Of a stretch of 64,000 nucleotides of DNA, positions 33,892 through 42,695 are shown piece by piece. A program made the translations under genes and the position numbers. Under the pieces are notes generated by a model. It was given only the letters and a program-made list of their open reading frames with translations, was not told the DNA's origin and made no database searches. The stretch lies in the NCBI GenBank assembly GCA_036374795.1, contig DASUTC010000210.1, forward strand, positions 2,533 to 66,532, written 5' to 3'. The DNA is from Herpetosiphonaceae bacterium (GTDB taxonomy: Bacteria > Chloroflexota > Chloroflexia > Chloroflexales > Kallotenuaceae). Within the stretch, counting starts at the first letter, position 1. Each line of letters starts with the position of its first letter.

Positions 33892-34047
33892 TCTGCGGCG
33901 TTTGCCGTGTCGCGCTCGAAGAGCGTTATACTACAGATAGAAACATGTTTGAAGACGAGGCACTCATAATCATGCGAGGCATTGGACGGCTGCGCGCCGC
34001 GCGCGTCGGCGGCCTGTTCGTGCTGTGTGACGCATGGAGCGCGTGCT

Positions 34048-34539
34048 ATGCTTGCGCCTGAGCTGCTTGCCCATCTGCTGGCGAAGGCGGCGCTGCTTGC
34101 AACCGATCCCGGCACGACCCGCCTCAATGCTGTCGATCTCAATCCTCCCGCGCTGCGCGGCTCGGAATTGTGCGGGGCACAGCTTGAAGGCGCGGATCTG
34201 CGCGACTCCGATCTGCGCGGCGCGGATCTGTCCCGCGCCAGGCTGCGCTACGCCAACGTGCGGCTCGTCGATCTGACCTATGCCTGCCTCGCCGAGGCCG
34301 ATCTGCGCGAGGCGGACCTGTCGTACGCGAACTTGAGCAGCGCCGACCTGAGCAACGCCGATCTGTGTGGCGCGAACCTGACGGAGGCGATACTCAGCGG
34401 CGCGAACTTAAGCCATGCCAATCTGCGCGGCGCGTGCCTCCGGAACGCCAATCTGCTCGACGCCAATTTCGCAGGCGCTCACCTGAGTGAGATCGATGTG
34501 CGTGGCGCGATCTTGCCCGATGGCTTCAGATATGACTGA
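34048..34539 (+). CDS. Pentapeptide-repeat protein
   Basis: Continuous A(D/N)Lxx repeats (ADLRDSDLRGADLSRARLRYANVRLVDL...). Confidence 0.8.
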   Translation: MLAPELLAHLLAKAALLATDPGTTRLNAVDLNPPALRGSELCGAQLEGADLRDSDLRGADLSRARLRYANVRLVDLTYACLAEADLREADLSYANLSSADLSNADLCGANLTEAILSGANLSHANLRGACLRNANLLDANFAGAHLSEIDVRGAILPDGFRYD

Positions 34540-34635
34540 GCATATACCTTCCAGCGCAACCGATCAGGTGCGGTAAAGAGCGCGATGCGGTATCATCCAA
34601 CAGCATACAATCGAACCAATCGAGCGAGGACTGTG

Positions 34636-35040
34636 ATGGCAGATGAGCAAGCGCTGCGCCAGGCGGTCGGCGAGCTGGGCATCGGCAACATTCAGCGGCA
34701 TATCTTCCTCTGCGCGGACCAGACCGAGCCGAAGTGTGCGCCCCATGCGGAGACGCTGGTGTCGTGGGATTTTTTGAAAAAGCGGCTCAAGCAGCTTGGC
34801 CTGACCGAGGGCAAGCAGATCGTCTTTCGGACAAAGGCGAATTGCCTCCGGGTCTGCGTCTCCGGCCCGATCGCCGTGGTCTATCCCGAAGGTACGTGGT
34901 ATCGCGAGTGCTCTCCTGAGGTGCTGGAGCGCATCATTCAGGAGCACCTGATCGGCGGCCAGCCCGTCGAGGAGTATGCGTTCGCGTTCGATCCGCTGTG
35001 CGAGCTGGGCGATGAGCTGGATCCAGCAGCCAGGCGCTAA
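34636..35040 (+). CDS. Thioredoxin-like [2Fe-2S] ferredoxin domain protein
   Basis: Cys pairs in IFLCADQTEPKCA and NCLRVCVSGP. GAGGA RBS. Confidence 0.6.
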   Translation: MADEQALRQAVGELGIGNIQRHIFLCADQTEPKCAPHAETLVSWDFLKKRLKQLGLTEGKQIVFRTKANCLRVCVSGPIAVVYPEGTWYRECSPEVLERIIQEHLIGGQPVEEYAFAFDPLCELGDELDPAARR

Positions 35041-35141
35041 ACGACCGCCGTACTCGGCGCAGGTACGACAGAAGACCCAGCGCCGGACGCGGCTTTGCGA
35101 TGTCGCACGAGCAGTATAACGATTGTGGCGTTGCGCAGCGT

Positions 35142-36302
35142 CTAGAGCAGCTCCAGGGTGCTGTTTGGCTGTCCTTCCGCGAAGCGGCTCGGTCGCAGTG
35201 CATACGTGTCGAGCGTGCTGGCCTGTCCATCGAGCATGATCTCAGCTAGAAGCTGCCCTAGCGCGGGCGCATGCATCACGCCGTGGCCGGAGGAGCCATT
35301 GACGAGGTAGAAGTTCTCAACGCCCGGTGCCGGGCCTAGCAGCGCATGCTTGTCGGGCGACATCTCATACAGTCCTGCCCAGCAATGCTGACGATCGATG
35401 ATTGTTCTGGCTAGACACGGCACCGATCGATGCGCGCGGCGCGTGACCTGCTCGACCCACAGATTGGAAACTGTGGTATCGAAGCGGTCGGCGGTCGCTG
35501 GCTGATCCGGCCACGCAAGCAGGATACGTCCGTCGCGGACCCGTAGATGAAAGCCGTCATCGGCGAAGACCGTCATCGGCATCTGCTCCGGCAGCAGATC
35601 GCAGGGCGCGGTGAGCGCAACCTGGCGGCGCAGCGGAGTGACCGGCAGATCGATGCCTGCGTAGCGGGCTACCGACGCGGCCCAGGCTCCAGCGGCATTA
35701 ACAACACAGCCCGCTGCAATCGTTGCCGATGGCGTGCAGACCGCCGTGATACGGCTAGCGTCCATCTGGAAGCTCGTGCATGACGTGCCGCAGGCGAACC
35801 TGACGCCAAGCTCCTTTGCGCGCTCCATGTAGCCGTGCATCAGCGCCATGGGCCGGATAAAGCCATCGGTAGGGCAGAACACGCCGCCCAGCAGGTCCTC
35901 CGTGTCGATCGCGGGATTAATCTGCCGGATCTCTGTTGGGGATACAGCCTCAACTTCATGCAGGCCAGCCGCTCGCTGAATCTTCTGCGCGGCCAGCAGT
36001 GCGTCGAGCACCATCTGCTGGTGCGTAACAAACAGATAGCCATAGGGCCGATAGCCCGAATCGACGCCGCACTCTTCTGGAAAGCGGCGCAGCTTCTCGC
36101 GCGAGAGCAGCGACAGCCGGACGTTCGTCTCAGAGCTGAACTGGGCGCGAAAGCCGCCCGTCGCGCTGCCCGTGCTTCCCGTCCCCGGCTCCGAGCCAGA
36201 GTCGATGACCAGAATGTTGGAACAGCCGCGCGCGGCAAGATGGTAGGCGACGCTCGCGCCGATGACACCCGATCCAATGATGACCACATCAACAGATTGC
36301 AT
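35142..36302 (-). CDS. FAD-dependent oxidoreductase (DAO family, sarcosine/glycine oxidase-like)
   Basis: VVIIGSGVIGASVAYHLA dinucleotide fold, and the C-terminal GHGVMHAPALG. Confidence 0.8.
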   Translation of the reverse strand: MQSVDVVIIGSGVIGASVAYHLAARGCSNILVIDSGSEPGTGSTGSATGGFRAQFSSETNVRLSLLSREKLRRFPEECGVDSGYRPYGYLFVTHQQMVLDALLAAQKIQRAAGLHEVEAVSPTEIRQINPAIDTEDLLGGVFCPTDGFIRPMALMHGYMERAKELGVRFACGTSCTSFQMDASRITAVCTPSATIAAGCVVNAAGAWAASVARYAGIDLPVTPLRRQVALTAPCDLLPEQMPMTVFADDGFHLRVRDGRILLAWPDQPATADRFDTTVSNLWVEQVTRRAHRSVPCLARTIIDRQHCWAGLYEMSPDKHALLGPAPGVENFYLVNGSSGHGVMHAPALGQLLAEIMLDGQASTLDTYALRPSRFAEGQPNSTLELL

Positions 36303-36451
36303 GGTTGGCTCCACAATTAGGATGCAGACGAACGTCGTGCTCTAGCCCAGGCATTATACAGAGTATGATCAAAGCGGCCTGCTGTCATAGCCAGGGCTCG
36401 ACAGAGCGCGAGGAAGCGGTGTCCCGCAGGCTGAGGTCATGGCCTGACGCG

Positions 36452-36497
36452 ATTGTTCTGCGCTTTGGTTGATTGTTCTTTGTTCTTTGTTCTTCTT
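36452..36497. repeat. Heptad (TTGTTCT) array
   Basis: GATTGTTCTGCGCTTTGGTTGATTGTTCTTTGTTCTTTGTTCTTCTTCC. A TTGTTC unit (36480-36485) sits 16 nt before TACAAT (36502-36507). Confidence 0.75.
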
Positions 36498-36542
36498 CCG
36501 GTACAATGTAGATCTGATTACGCAGCAAGAAATCGGCGATCA

Positions 36543-38723
36543 ATGGCAATCCTCGAAGGCTCTCTGGAGCGAATTACGTATCATAATGCCGACACCGGCT
36601 ACACCGTCGCGCGCGTGCAGCCCGTCGGGAAGCGCTACCTTGTCGCGGTCGTCGGCAAGCTGCTCGGCGTACAGGTCGGCGAGTCGCTGCGCCTTGAGGG
36701 TGAGTGGGCCAGCCATCCTGAGCACGGCAAGCAGTTCAACGTCGTGGGCTGGCAGGCGATGCTGCCCGCCGATGTCGAGGGCATTCGCAAGTACCTCGGC
36801 TCCGGCCTGATCAAAGGGATCGGACCCAAGACCGCCGAGCGGATCGTCGATACCTTCGGCGTCGACACGCTGCGCGTGATCGAGCAGCAGCCGGAGCGGC
36901 TGCGCGAGGTGTCGGGCCTGGGCCGCAAGAAGATCGACGATATTACGCGCGCCTGGCACGAGCAGCAGGGCATCAAGGCGCTGATGACGCTGCTGCAAAG
37001 CCACAATATCACGCCCTCGCTGGCGATCCGCATCTATCGCCACTACGCCGAGCAGGCGCTGACGATCGTCCAGGATCATCCGTACCGGCTGGCCGACGAG
37101 GTCTTCGGCATCGGCTTTCTGACCGCCGACGAGATCGCGCAGGCGCAGGGCGTGCCCTACGACGACGCCTTCCGCATCGGCGCGGGCATTCGGCATGTGC
37201 TGAGCGAGGCCGCCAACGACGGGCATTGCTACCTGCCGCGCGACGAGCTGCTGCCGCGTGCGGCGCGCATCCTCCAGGTGGACGAGGCGGCGGTTCTGGC
37301 GACGCTCCAAAATATCGACGCGGCTGGCGAGGTCCATGTGGATGATGTCGATGGCGTGCCCGCGATCTACCTGCTGCCGTTCTATCGCGCCGAGCTGGGC
37401 GTTGCCAACTCGATCCGCATCATTCAGTCGACGCCGTCGCCGCTGTTGCAGCAATCCCGGCGCATGGACTGGGCGCGGCTCTGGGATCAGCTTGCGGCGG
37501 AGAGCGGCTTTCGGCTGACCGAGAAGCAGCAGGCGGCGGTCAAAGCGGCGCTCTCGACCAAGCTGCTGGTGCTGACGGGCGGGCCGGGCACGGGCAAGAC
37601 CTCGACCATGCGCGCGATCATCGTGCTGCTGGAGAAGCTCAATAAGCGCTACGTGCTGGCATCGCCGACGGGCCGCGCCGCCAAGCGGCTGAGCGAGGCC
37701 ACCGGCGCGGAGGCTAAGACGATCCATCGTCTGCTTGAGTACTCGCCGATCGGCGGGGGCGGCCAGCAGTTCAAGCGCGACCGCGATAATCCGCTGCCGT
37801 GCGATATGCTGGTGGTCGACGAGGCTTCGATGCTCGATGTGCTGCTCTGCAACAGCCTGCTGAAGGCCGTGCCGCCCAGCGCGCATGTGCTCTTCGTCGG
37901 CGATGTCGATCAACTGCCATCGGTCGGGCCGGGCAACGTCCTGCACGATCTGATCGAAAGCTGGGCGGTGACGACGGTCCAGCTCGATCGCGTCTTTCGG
38001 CAGGCGGAGGGATCGGGCATTATCACCAACGCCCATCGCATCAACCACGGCGAGCAGCCGCAACTGCGCGGCCTTGACGATTTCTTTTTCTTTCCGCGTC
38101 CGCAGCCCGACGCTTGCGCCGAGCTGGTCGTCGATCTGGTCTGCAACCGCATTCCGCGCCGCTTTGGCTGCGATCCGCGCCGCGCGATCCAGGTGCTCTC
38201 GCCGATGCATCGCGGTCCAGCGGGCGTTCAGTCGCTTAACAAGCTGCTGCAAGAGGCGCTCAATCCGCCGCACCCGACCAAGACCGAGCGCACCTGGGGC
38301 GAGACGATCTTTCGCCTGGGCGATCGGGTGATGCAGGTGCGCAACAACTACGATCTCGACGTGTACAACGGCGATGTCGGCGAGATTGTCTCGATCGATC
38401 GTGATGATCAGAAGCTAACCGTGCGCTTCGAGGAGGCGCGCGGCGCTCGTGAGGTCAGCTACGACTGGGCCTACCTCGACGAGTTGCAGCTAGCCTATGC
38501 GCTCAGCATTCACAAATCGCAGGGCGGCGAGTATCCTGTGGTGGTCGTGCCGCTGCTCAGGCAGCACTTTGTGCTCTTGCAGCGCAACCTGCTCTACACT
38601 GCGATTACCCGCGCGAAGCATACCGTGGTGCTGGTCGGCGACCAGCAGGCGATCGAGATTGCGGTCGAGAATAACCGCGTCGCGCAGCGCTACACCGGCT
38701 TGCAGCGCCGCCTGCGGGTGTAA
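36543..38723 (+). CDS. recD2: RecD2-type SF1B ATP-dependent DNA helicase (RecD-like/YrrC)
   Basis: Walker A in LTGGPGTGKTS, DEASMLD, and a C-terminal SIHKSQGGEYPVVV...YTAITRAK. The N-terminal region is OB/HhH-like. Confidence 0.9.
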   Translation: MAILEGSLERITYHNADTGYTVARVQPVGKRYLVAVVGKLLGVQVGESLRLEGEWASHPEHGKQFNVVGWQAMLPADVEGIRKYLGSGLIKGIGPKTAERIVDTFGVDTLRVIEQQPERLREVSGLGRKKIDDITRAWHEQQGIKALMTLLQSHNITPSLAIRIYRHYAEQALTIVQDHPYRLADEVFGIGFLTADEIAQAQGVPYDDAFRIGAGIRHVLSEAANDGHCYLPRDELLPRAARILQVDEAAVLATLQNIDAAGEVHVDDVDGVPAIYLLPFYRAELGVANSIRIIQSTPSPLLQQSRRMDWARLWDQLAAESGFRLTEKQQAAVKAALSTKLLVLTGGPGTGKTSTMRAIIVLLEKLNKRYVLASPTGRAAKRLSEATGAEAKTIHRLLEYSPIGGGGQQFKRDRDNPLPCDMLVVDEASMLDVLLCNSLLKAVPPSAHVLFVGDVDQLPSVGPGNVLHDLIESWAVTTVQLDRVFRQAEGSGIITNAHRINHGEQPQLRGLDDFFFFPRPQPDACAELVVDLVCNRIPRRFGCDPRRAIQVLSPMHRGPAGVQSLNKLLQEALNPPHPTKTERTWGETIFRLGDRVMQVRNNYDLDVYNGDVGEIVSIDRDDQKLTVRFEEARGAREVSYDWAYLDELQLAYALSIHKSQGGEYPVVVVPLLRQHFVLLQRNLLYTAITRAKHTVVLVGDQQAIEIAVENNRVAQRYTGLQRRLRV

Positions 38724-38824
38724 CCCGCCCGTCATGCCTGGCTCAGTCGCCCGCGATTGGCCCGGCTGCCGATCGCTGCTACACTGCACGCGAAGCCAGA
38801 TCCAAGCCATCCCCAAGGAGCGTC

Positions 38825-39712
38825 ATGCGCCGTCTTAGTATTCTCGGATTGCTCGTGCTCGCGCTGGCGGGCTGCCAGATGCGCGTGCCGGTCGAGCCGA
38901 TTCCCACGCCAACCGCTACGCCTGCCGCGCAGGTGCGCCTGCCGTTTGTCTCCGGCCCGCAGGCATCCGCTACGCCTACCCGCACCCCGCAGCCAACCTT
39001 GACGCCCACGTCCACGCCGACGATCACACACACGCCGCTGTCGACGCTGACGCCGCTGCCAACGGTCACGCCGACGACCGACCCAGCCAGCGCGCCGGTC
39101 GTGCTGATCGCGCAGCCGGTCGCGAGCGAGTTTGTCACCACCGCGATCACGGTGACAGGCAGAGTTGCCAATACCACAGCCGGTATCGTTCGCATCCAGG
39201 CGCGCACGCCCGACGGGCAGCCGGTGGGGCGGGAGCCGGTGCTGGTGACGACGCAGGTCCTCAGCGATGGTCTGGGCTTTGTCGGCACGCTGGCGGTTGA
39301 GCCGCCGCCTACGCCGCGCCAGATGGCGGTCGCGGCGCTCTGGTCCCCGTCGGAGGGCGAAGCACCCGCCGCCGAGGCCAGCCAGCTCGTCTCGATCCTG
39401 GGACGCTACGGGCGCGTGGATCGGCTGATCATCGAGGGGCCACGGCCCTACGAGCGCGGCGATGCTCCCCAGCTTGTCGTGCGCGGAGCCGCGCCCGGCC
39501 CGCCCGCCAAGATTCTGGCCCGGCTGCTGGACGAGAACGATCAGGTGGTCGAGACGACCGAGGCATTGCTTGCGTGGTATCAGCCGGGCCTGCCCTGCGC
39601 CTTCGACGCCGTCCTGCCGAATAATCCCGCCGGCACGCAGCTTCAGGTGATCAGCCTTGGCCCCGATGATGCCGTGATCGAGGCCGTGCGGGTGCGGCTG
39701 ACGGAGAGGTAG
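38825..39712 (+). CDS. Hypothetical lipoprotein with Thr/Pro linker and Ig-like (Gmad2-like) domains
   Basis: AAGGAG RBS. Lipobox in MRRLSILGLLVLALAGC. TPTxTP-rich linker. Confidence 0.55.
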   Translation: MRRLSILGLLVLALAGCQMRVPVEPIPTPTATPAAQVRLPFVSGPQASATPTRTPQPTLTPTSTPTITHTPLSTLTPLPTVTPTTDPASAPVVLIAQPVASEFVTTAITVTGRVANTTAGIVRIQARTPDGQPVGREPVLVTTQVLSDGLGFVGTLAVEPPPTPRQMAVAALWSPSEGEAPAAEASQLVSILGRYGRVDRLIIEGPRPYERGDAPQLVVRGAAPGPPAKILARLLDENDQVVETTEALLAWYQPGLPCAFDAVLPNNPAGTQLQVISLGPDDAVIEAVRVRLTER

Positions 39713-39716
39713 AGTG

Positions 39717-39858
39717 CGAGAACCAGGAACCAAGAACTAAGAACCGGGTGCCAGGCGGGTGCCATGCCCAGAGGGCGCCCGGCATGGGCGCCCGGCGCAC
39801 CAAGAACCAGGAGCCGGAAACTCGAAACTTGGAACTCGAAACTTGGAACTTGGAACTC
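39717..39858. repeat. Composite heptad-repeat element with GC-rich core (best-preserved copy)
   Basis: GAGAACC AGGAACC AAGAACT AAGAAC, the core at 39744-39801, then AAGAACC AGGAGCC GGAAACT CGAAACT TGGAACT CGAAACT TGGAACT TGGAACT. It abuts the stop of the minus-strand gene. Confidence 0.85.
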
Positions 39859-39860
39859 TG

Positions 39861-40484
39861 CTACTGCAACGCCAGCAGCACCGAGATGGACGCGATCGCC
39901 CAGCCCGCGATCACCTGCCCGATCGTATGATTGCCGGTGCGAATACGCGCCCAGCCAAGCGCCAGCGCGATCAGCCAGAGCGTTACCCAGATCGGCGACG
40001 GCAAGAACTTGGTGCTGAGAGTCGCCAGCGTAGCGATCGACGCCGAGTGAACGCTGACCTTCCAGACGAAGTTGATCAGCATACATACCACCATCGTGCC
40101 GATCGACGCGCCGATCATCCGTAAAAAGATCGTCGGGACGCTGAGCGCGTACAGCGCCAGGCTGGCAAGCACGACGGTGCCCAGCGAGAAATAGTAGAGG
40201 CCGTGGCGCTGATTGCGCTGCGAGATGTCGTCGTCGGAGAAGTGGCCGCGAAACAGCCGGAAGTAAAAGTAGATCGTCGGCGGCAAGATCAGCAGGGTGA
40301 TGGCGATCAGCGCCCAGCCCAGGCCGCGCAGCCGCCCTGCCGCAAAATCGTCGGCGAACGCGCCCACAATCAAAAAAGAGGCGATCCCGTTGGTGATCGG
40401 ATGGAATATCTGTGACAGCCACCGCCCGATGCGGTAGGAGGTATCCTGCGCGACGGGATTGCCGAACTGATCGATCGCTGGCAT
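39861..40484 (-). CDS. Integral membrane protein, PAP2-like (tentative)
   Basis: Six hydrophobic segments. SVHSAS and RIRTGNHTIGQ resemble PAP2 motifs C2 and C3, but I did not see motif C1. Confidence 0.45.
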   Translation of the reverse strand: MPAIDQFGNPVAQDTSYRIGRWLSQIFHPITNGIASFLIVGAFADDFAAGRLRGLGWALIAITLLILPPTIYFYFRLFRGHFSDDDISQRNQRHGLYYFSLGTVVLASLALYALSVPTIFLRMIGASIGTMVVCMLINFVWKVSVHSASIATLATLSTKFLPSPIWVTLWLIALALGWARIRTGNHTIGQVIAGWAIASISVLLALQ

Positions 40485-40768
40485 CTATCTGCTCCATCGA
40501 CGTACGCGCGAGCGTACGCACGCTAAATCCAAATCATGACGCTCCATGATCTATAGGCCGATACGTGTACAGCAAGCGTTGCGCCACTCAGTCTGCCGCG
40601 CTGGCGCGCGTCGGCCGCGCTCGTCACCGGCCTGGAGATGAACGGCTCAGGCATTATACAGCATAAGCTCCTGTCGGCTGCCTGCCGATGTCGGGGCGCG
40701 CCCAGGCTGCGGCAAAAGCACCTGCTGCTCGCACGCTGTCGCTGGCGGCCAGGGGTGTGCCTGGCCCG

Positions 40769-41233
40769 CTACCGGCGTTGGTAGGTTCCGATCAGCTCGC
40801 CCTGTGCCAGGATATGGCCCTCCATCGCTTGCAGCAATTGCTGCTTGGTCGCGCCGCCTTCGAGGCTAAGCTGCGTGTCGAGGGCGTAGAGCTTGAAGAA
40901 GTAGCGATGGCTGCCGCTGGGCGGGCACGGACCGCCGTAGCCGAGCTTCCTAAAATCATTGGTGCCGTGTCGCGCGCCATTGTCGAGGCTGCGCAGCGCC
41001 GGGATGTTTTCGGGCAGTTGCGTGACGGACGCCGGTAGATTGTAGAGCACCCAATGCACCCAGGTGCCGCGCGGCGCGTCAGGATCGTCCGCGATCAGCG
41101 CGAAGCTCTGCGTTCCGCTGGGCGCGCCTGACCACGCCAGGGGCGGCGAGATATTCGTGCCATCGCAGGTGTACTGGCTGGGGATCGCGGCATGGGCGCT
41201 AAACGCCGCGCTTGTCACCGTCATCGTCTGCAT
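40769..41233 (-). CDS. YbhB/YbcL family Raf-kinase-inhibitor-like (PEBP) protein
   Basis: IPSQYTCDGTNISPPLAWSG...HRYFFKLYALD. AGGAGG RBS. Confidence 0.85.
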   Translation of the reverse strand: MQTMTVTSAAFSAHAAIPSQYTCDGTNISPPLAWSGAPSGTQSFALIADDPDAPRGTWVHWVLYNLPASVTQLPENIPALRSLDNGARHGTNDFRKLGYGGPCPPSGSHRYFFKLYALDTQLSLEGGATKQQLLQAMEGHILAQGELIGTYQRR

Positions 41234-41522
41234 AGATCCTCCTGAGGGAGTCCGCCGCAGATGGAGCCTGCTGGCAGCCAGCCAGCCACCACACGATCAG
41301 CGCTCCCGTCCACACATGCACATCGTTCGACGCATGGCTGCTCCCGCTGGTTGCGCGGCTCGATCGTCGCATGTCGACGCCTGCCGATCGTGCTGCCGAA
41401 TGCGATCGGCGCCTCAGGATCATGCCGCCGCTCTTATGATAGAACGCCTGGCAAGTCGATCGGGGCGGGAATAATCGAGGAGGAAAGATCGCGGGAGGAG
41501 CAAGCCGTAGTGCCGAGAGGTG

Positions 41523-42686
41523 CTACTGGCGCTGTGCTATCGCGCGATACACCGCGTGCAACTGCGCCGCCGCCGTATCCCACGAGAATCGCGCCGCCTG
41601 ATCGGGTCCGCGCCGCCGGGCGGCCTCCGTCAGCGCCGGATCGTCGAGCAGCCGCCGAATGCCCGCCGCGATGCTCTCGACGCTGGCAGGCTGCACGAGC
41701 ACGCCCAGATCGCCCGCGACTTCGGGCAGGCTCGATGTGTCGGAGGTCAGCACGGGCGTGCCGCACGCCAGCGACTCCAGCACGGGAAAGCCAAAGCCCT
41801 CGTACAGCGACGGATAGACCGTCGCCGTCGCCAGCGTATAGAGCACCGGCAGATCGGCGTCGTCGATTGGGCCGAGCATTCGCACGCCGGGTGTGTGCTC
41901 CGCCCGCGCCACGATCGTATCCGAGAGCCAGCCGGGCTTGCCGCCAAGCGCAAGCTGAAGCGCATCGGGCGCGGTGCTGGTGGCGTGGAGCACCTGCTGA
42001 TACGCCTCGATCAGGTGCTCCAAATTCTTGCGCGGCTCCAGCGTCCCGATGAAGAAGAGAAAGCGCTCCGGCAGCTCGTACCGATCCTGCACCGCTTGCA
42101 GCCGCGCCGGGTCGGTCGCGCGCTTGAAGTGCGCTGCGACGCCGGGATAGAGCACGGTGATCTTCGAGGCCGGAACCTGCATCAGGCGTTGGAGATCGCG
42201 CCTGGTGCTCTCGGAGTCGGCGAGGACGTGACCGGCGCGCTGGAGCGAGCGCGGCACTGCCTGCTCAAGGTAGCGCCGCAGACTGGCAAAGGCCGTTTCG
42301 GGATGCACCCGAAACGTCAGGTCGTGGACCGTCAGCAGCGACGGCGCGCGCCTGATGGGCGGCAGCACAAAATCGGGCGCGTGAACCAGATCGACCGGGC
42401 CGGTCCAGCGCTCGACCGCAATCGGCAGCCGCGCGCGCTGCCAGACGATCGTCAGCCAGCGCTCAGGCAGCGGAATAGGCGCGGCGCGCACCTGGGGAAA
42501 CTCCGCCTGTAGCTCGCGCAGCCCGCGCATGCCCCAGTGATCGGGCGGCAGATCGCGGGCGGCATAGAACAGCGCCAGCTCATCGCCCGTCTGGAGTCGC
42601 AAAAACGCGCGCACCAGATCGCGTGTGTAGCGTCCGATGCCCGCAGGTTGTCGCAGCGCCGCGTTGTAGTCGAGTGCGATCCGCAT
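41523..42686 (-). CDS. Glycosyltransferase family 4 (GT-B)
   Basis: C-terminal EGFGFPVLESLACGTPVLTS motif. Confidence 0.85.
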   Translation of the reverse strand: MRIALDYNAALRQPAGIGRYTRDLVRAFLRLQTGDELALFYAARDLPPDHWGMRGLRELQAEFPQVRAAPIPLPERWLTIVWQRARLPIAVERWTGPVDLVHAPDFVLPPIRRAPSLLTVHDLTFRVHPETAFASLRRYLEQAVPRSLQRAGHVLADSESTRRDLQRLMQVPASKITVLYPGVAAHFKRATDPARLQAVQDRYELPERFLFFIGTLEPRKNLEHLIEAYQQVLHATSTAPDALQLALGGKPGWLSDTIVARAEHTPGVRMLGPIDDADLPVLYTLATATVYPSLYEGFGFPVLESLACGTPVLTSDTSSLPEVAGDLGVLVQPASVESIAAGIRRLLDDPALTEAARRRGPDQAARFSWDTAAAQLHAVYRAIAQRQ

Positions 42687-42695
42687 CGCGGCGCG

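Noticed and set aside
33741-34142. 133-aa minus-strand ORF between the islet and the pentapeptide gene.
   Set aside because: It has no RBS or motif, and it overlaps both the hydrolase-remnant region and the pentapeptide gene start. It is probably spurious.
39643-40521. 292-aa minus-strand ORF overlapping the PAP2-like gene in another frame.
   Set aside because: It is Arg/Ala-rich shadow sequence whose 3' part translates the repeat element. The 207-aa frame gives a coherent polytopic membrane protein.
41234-41423. Alternate-frame ORF upstream of the PEBP gene encoding ...ALIVWWLAGCQQAPSAADS, a lipobox-like LAGC. This suggested a frameshifted lipoprotein signal for YbhB.
   Set aside because: The PEBP ATG at 41233 has a perfect AGGAGG RBS of its own. 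The putative signal has a short h-region and a long non-canonical n-region. It would still be worth checking against orthologs.
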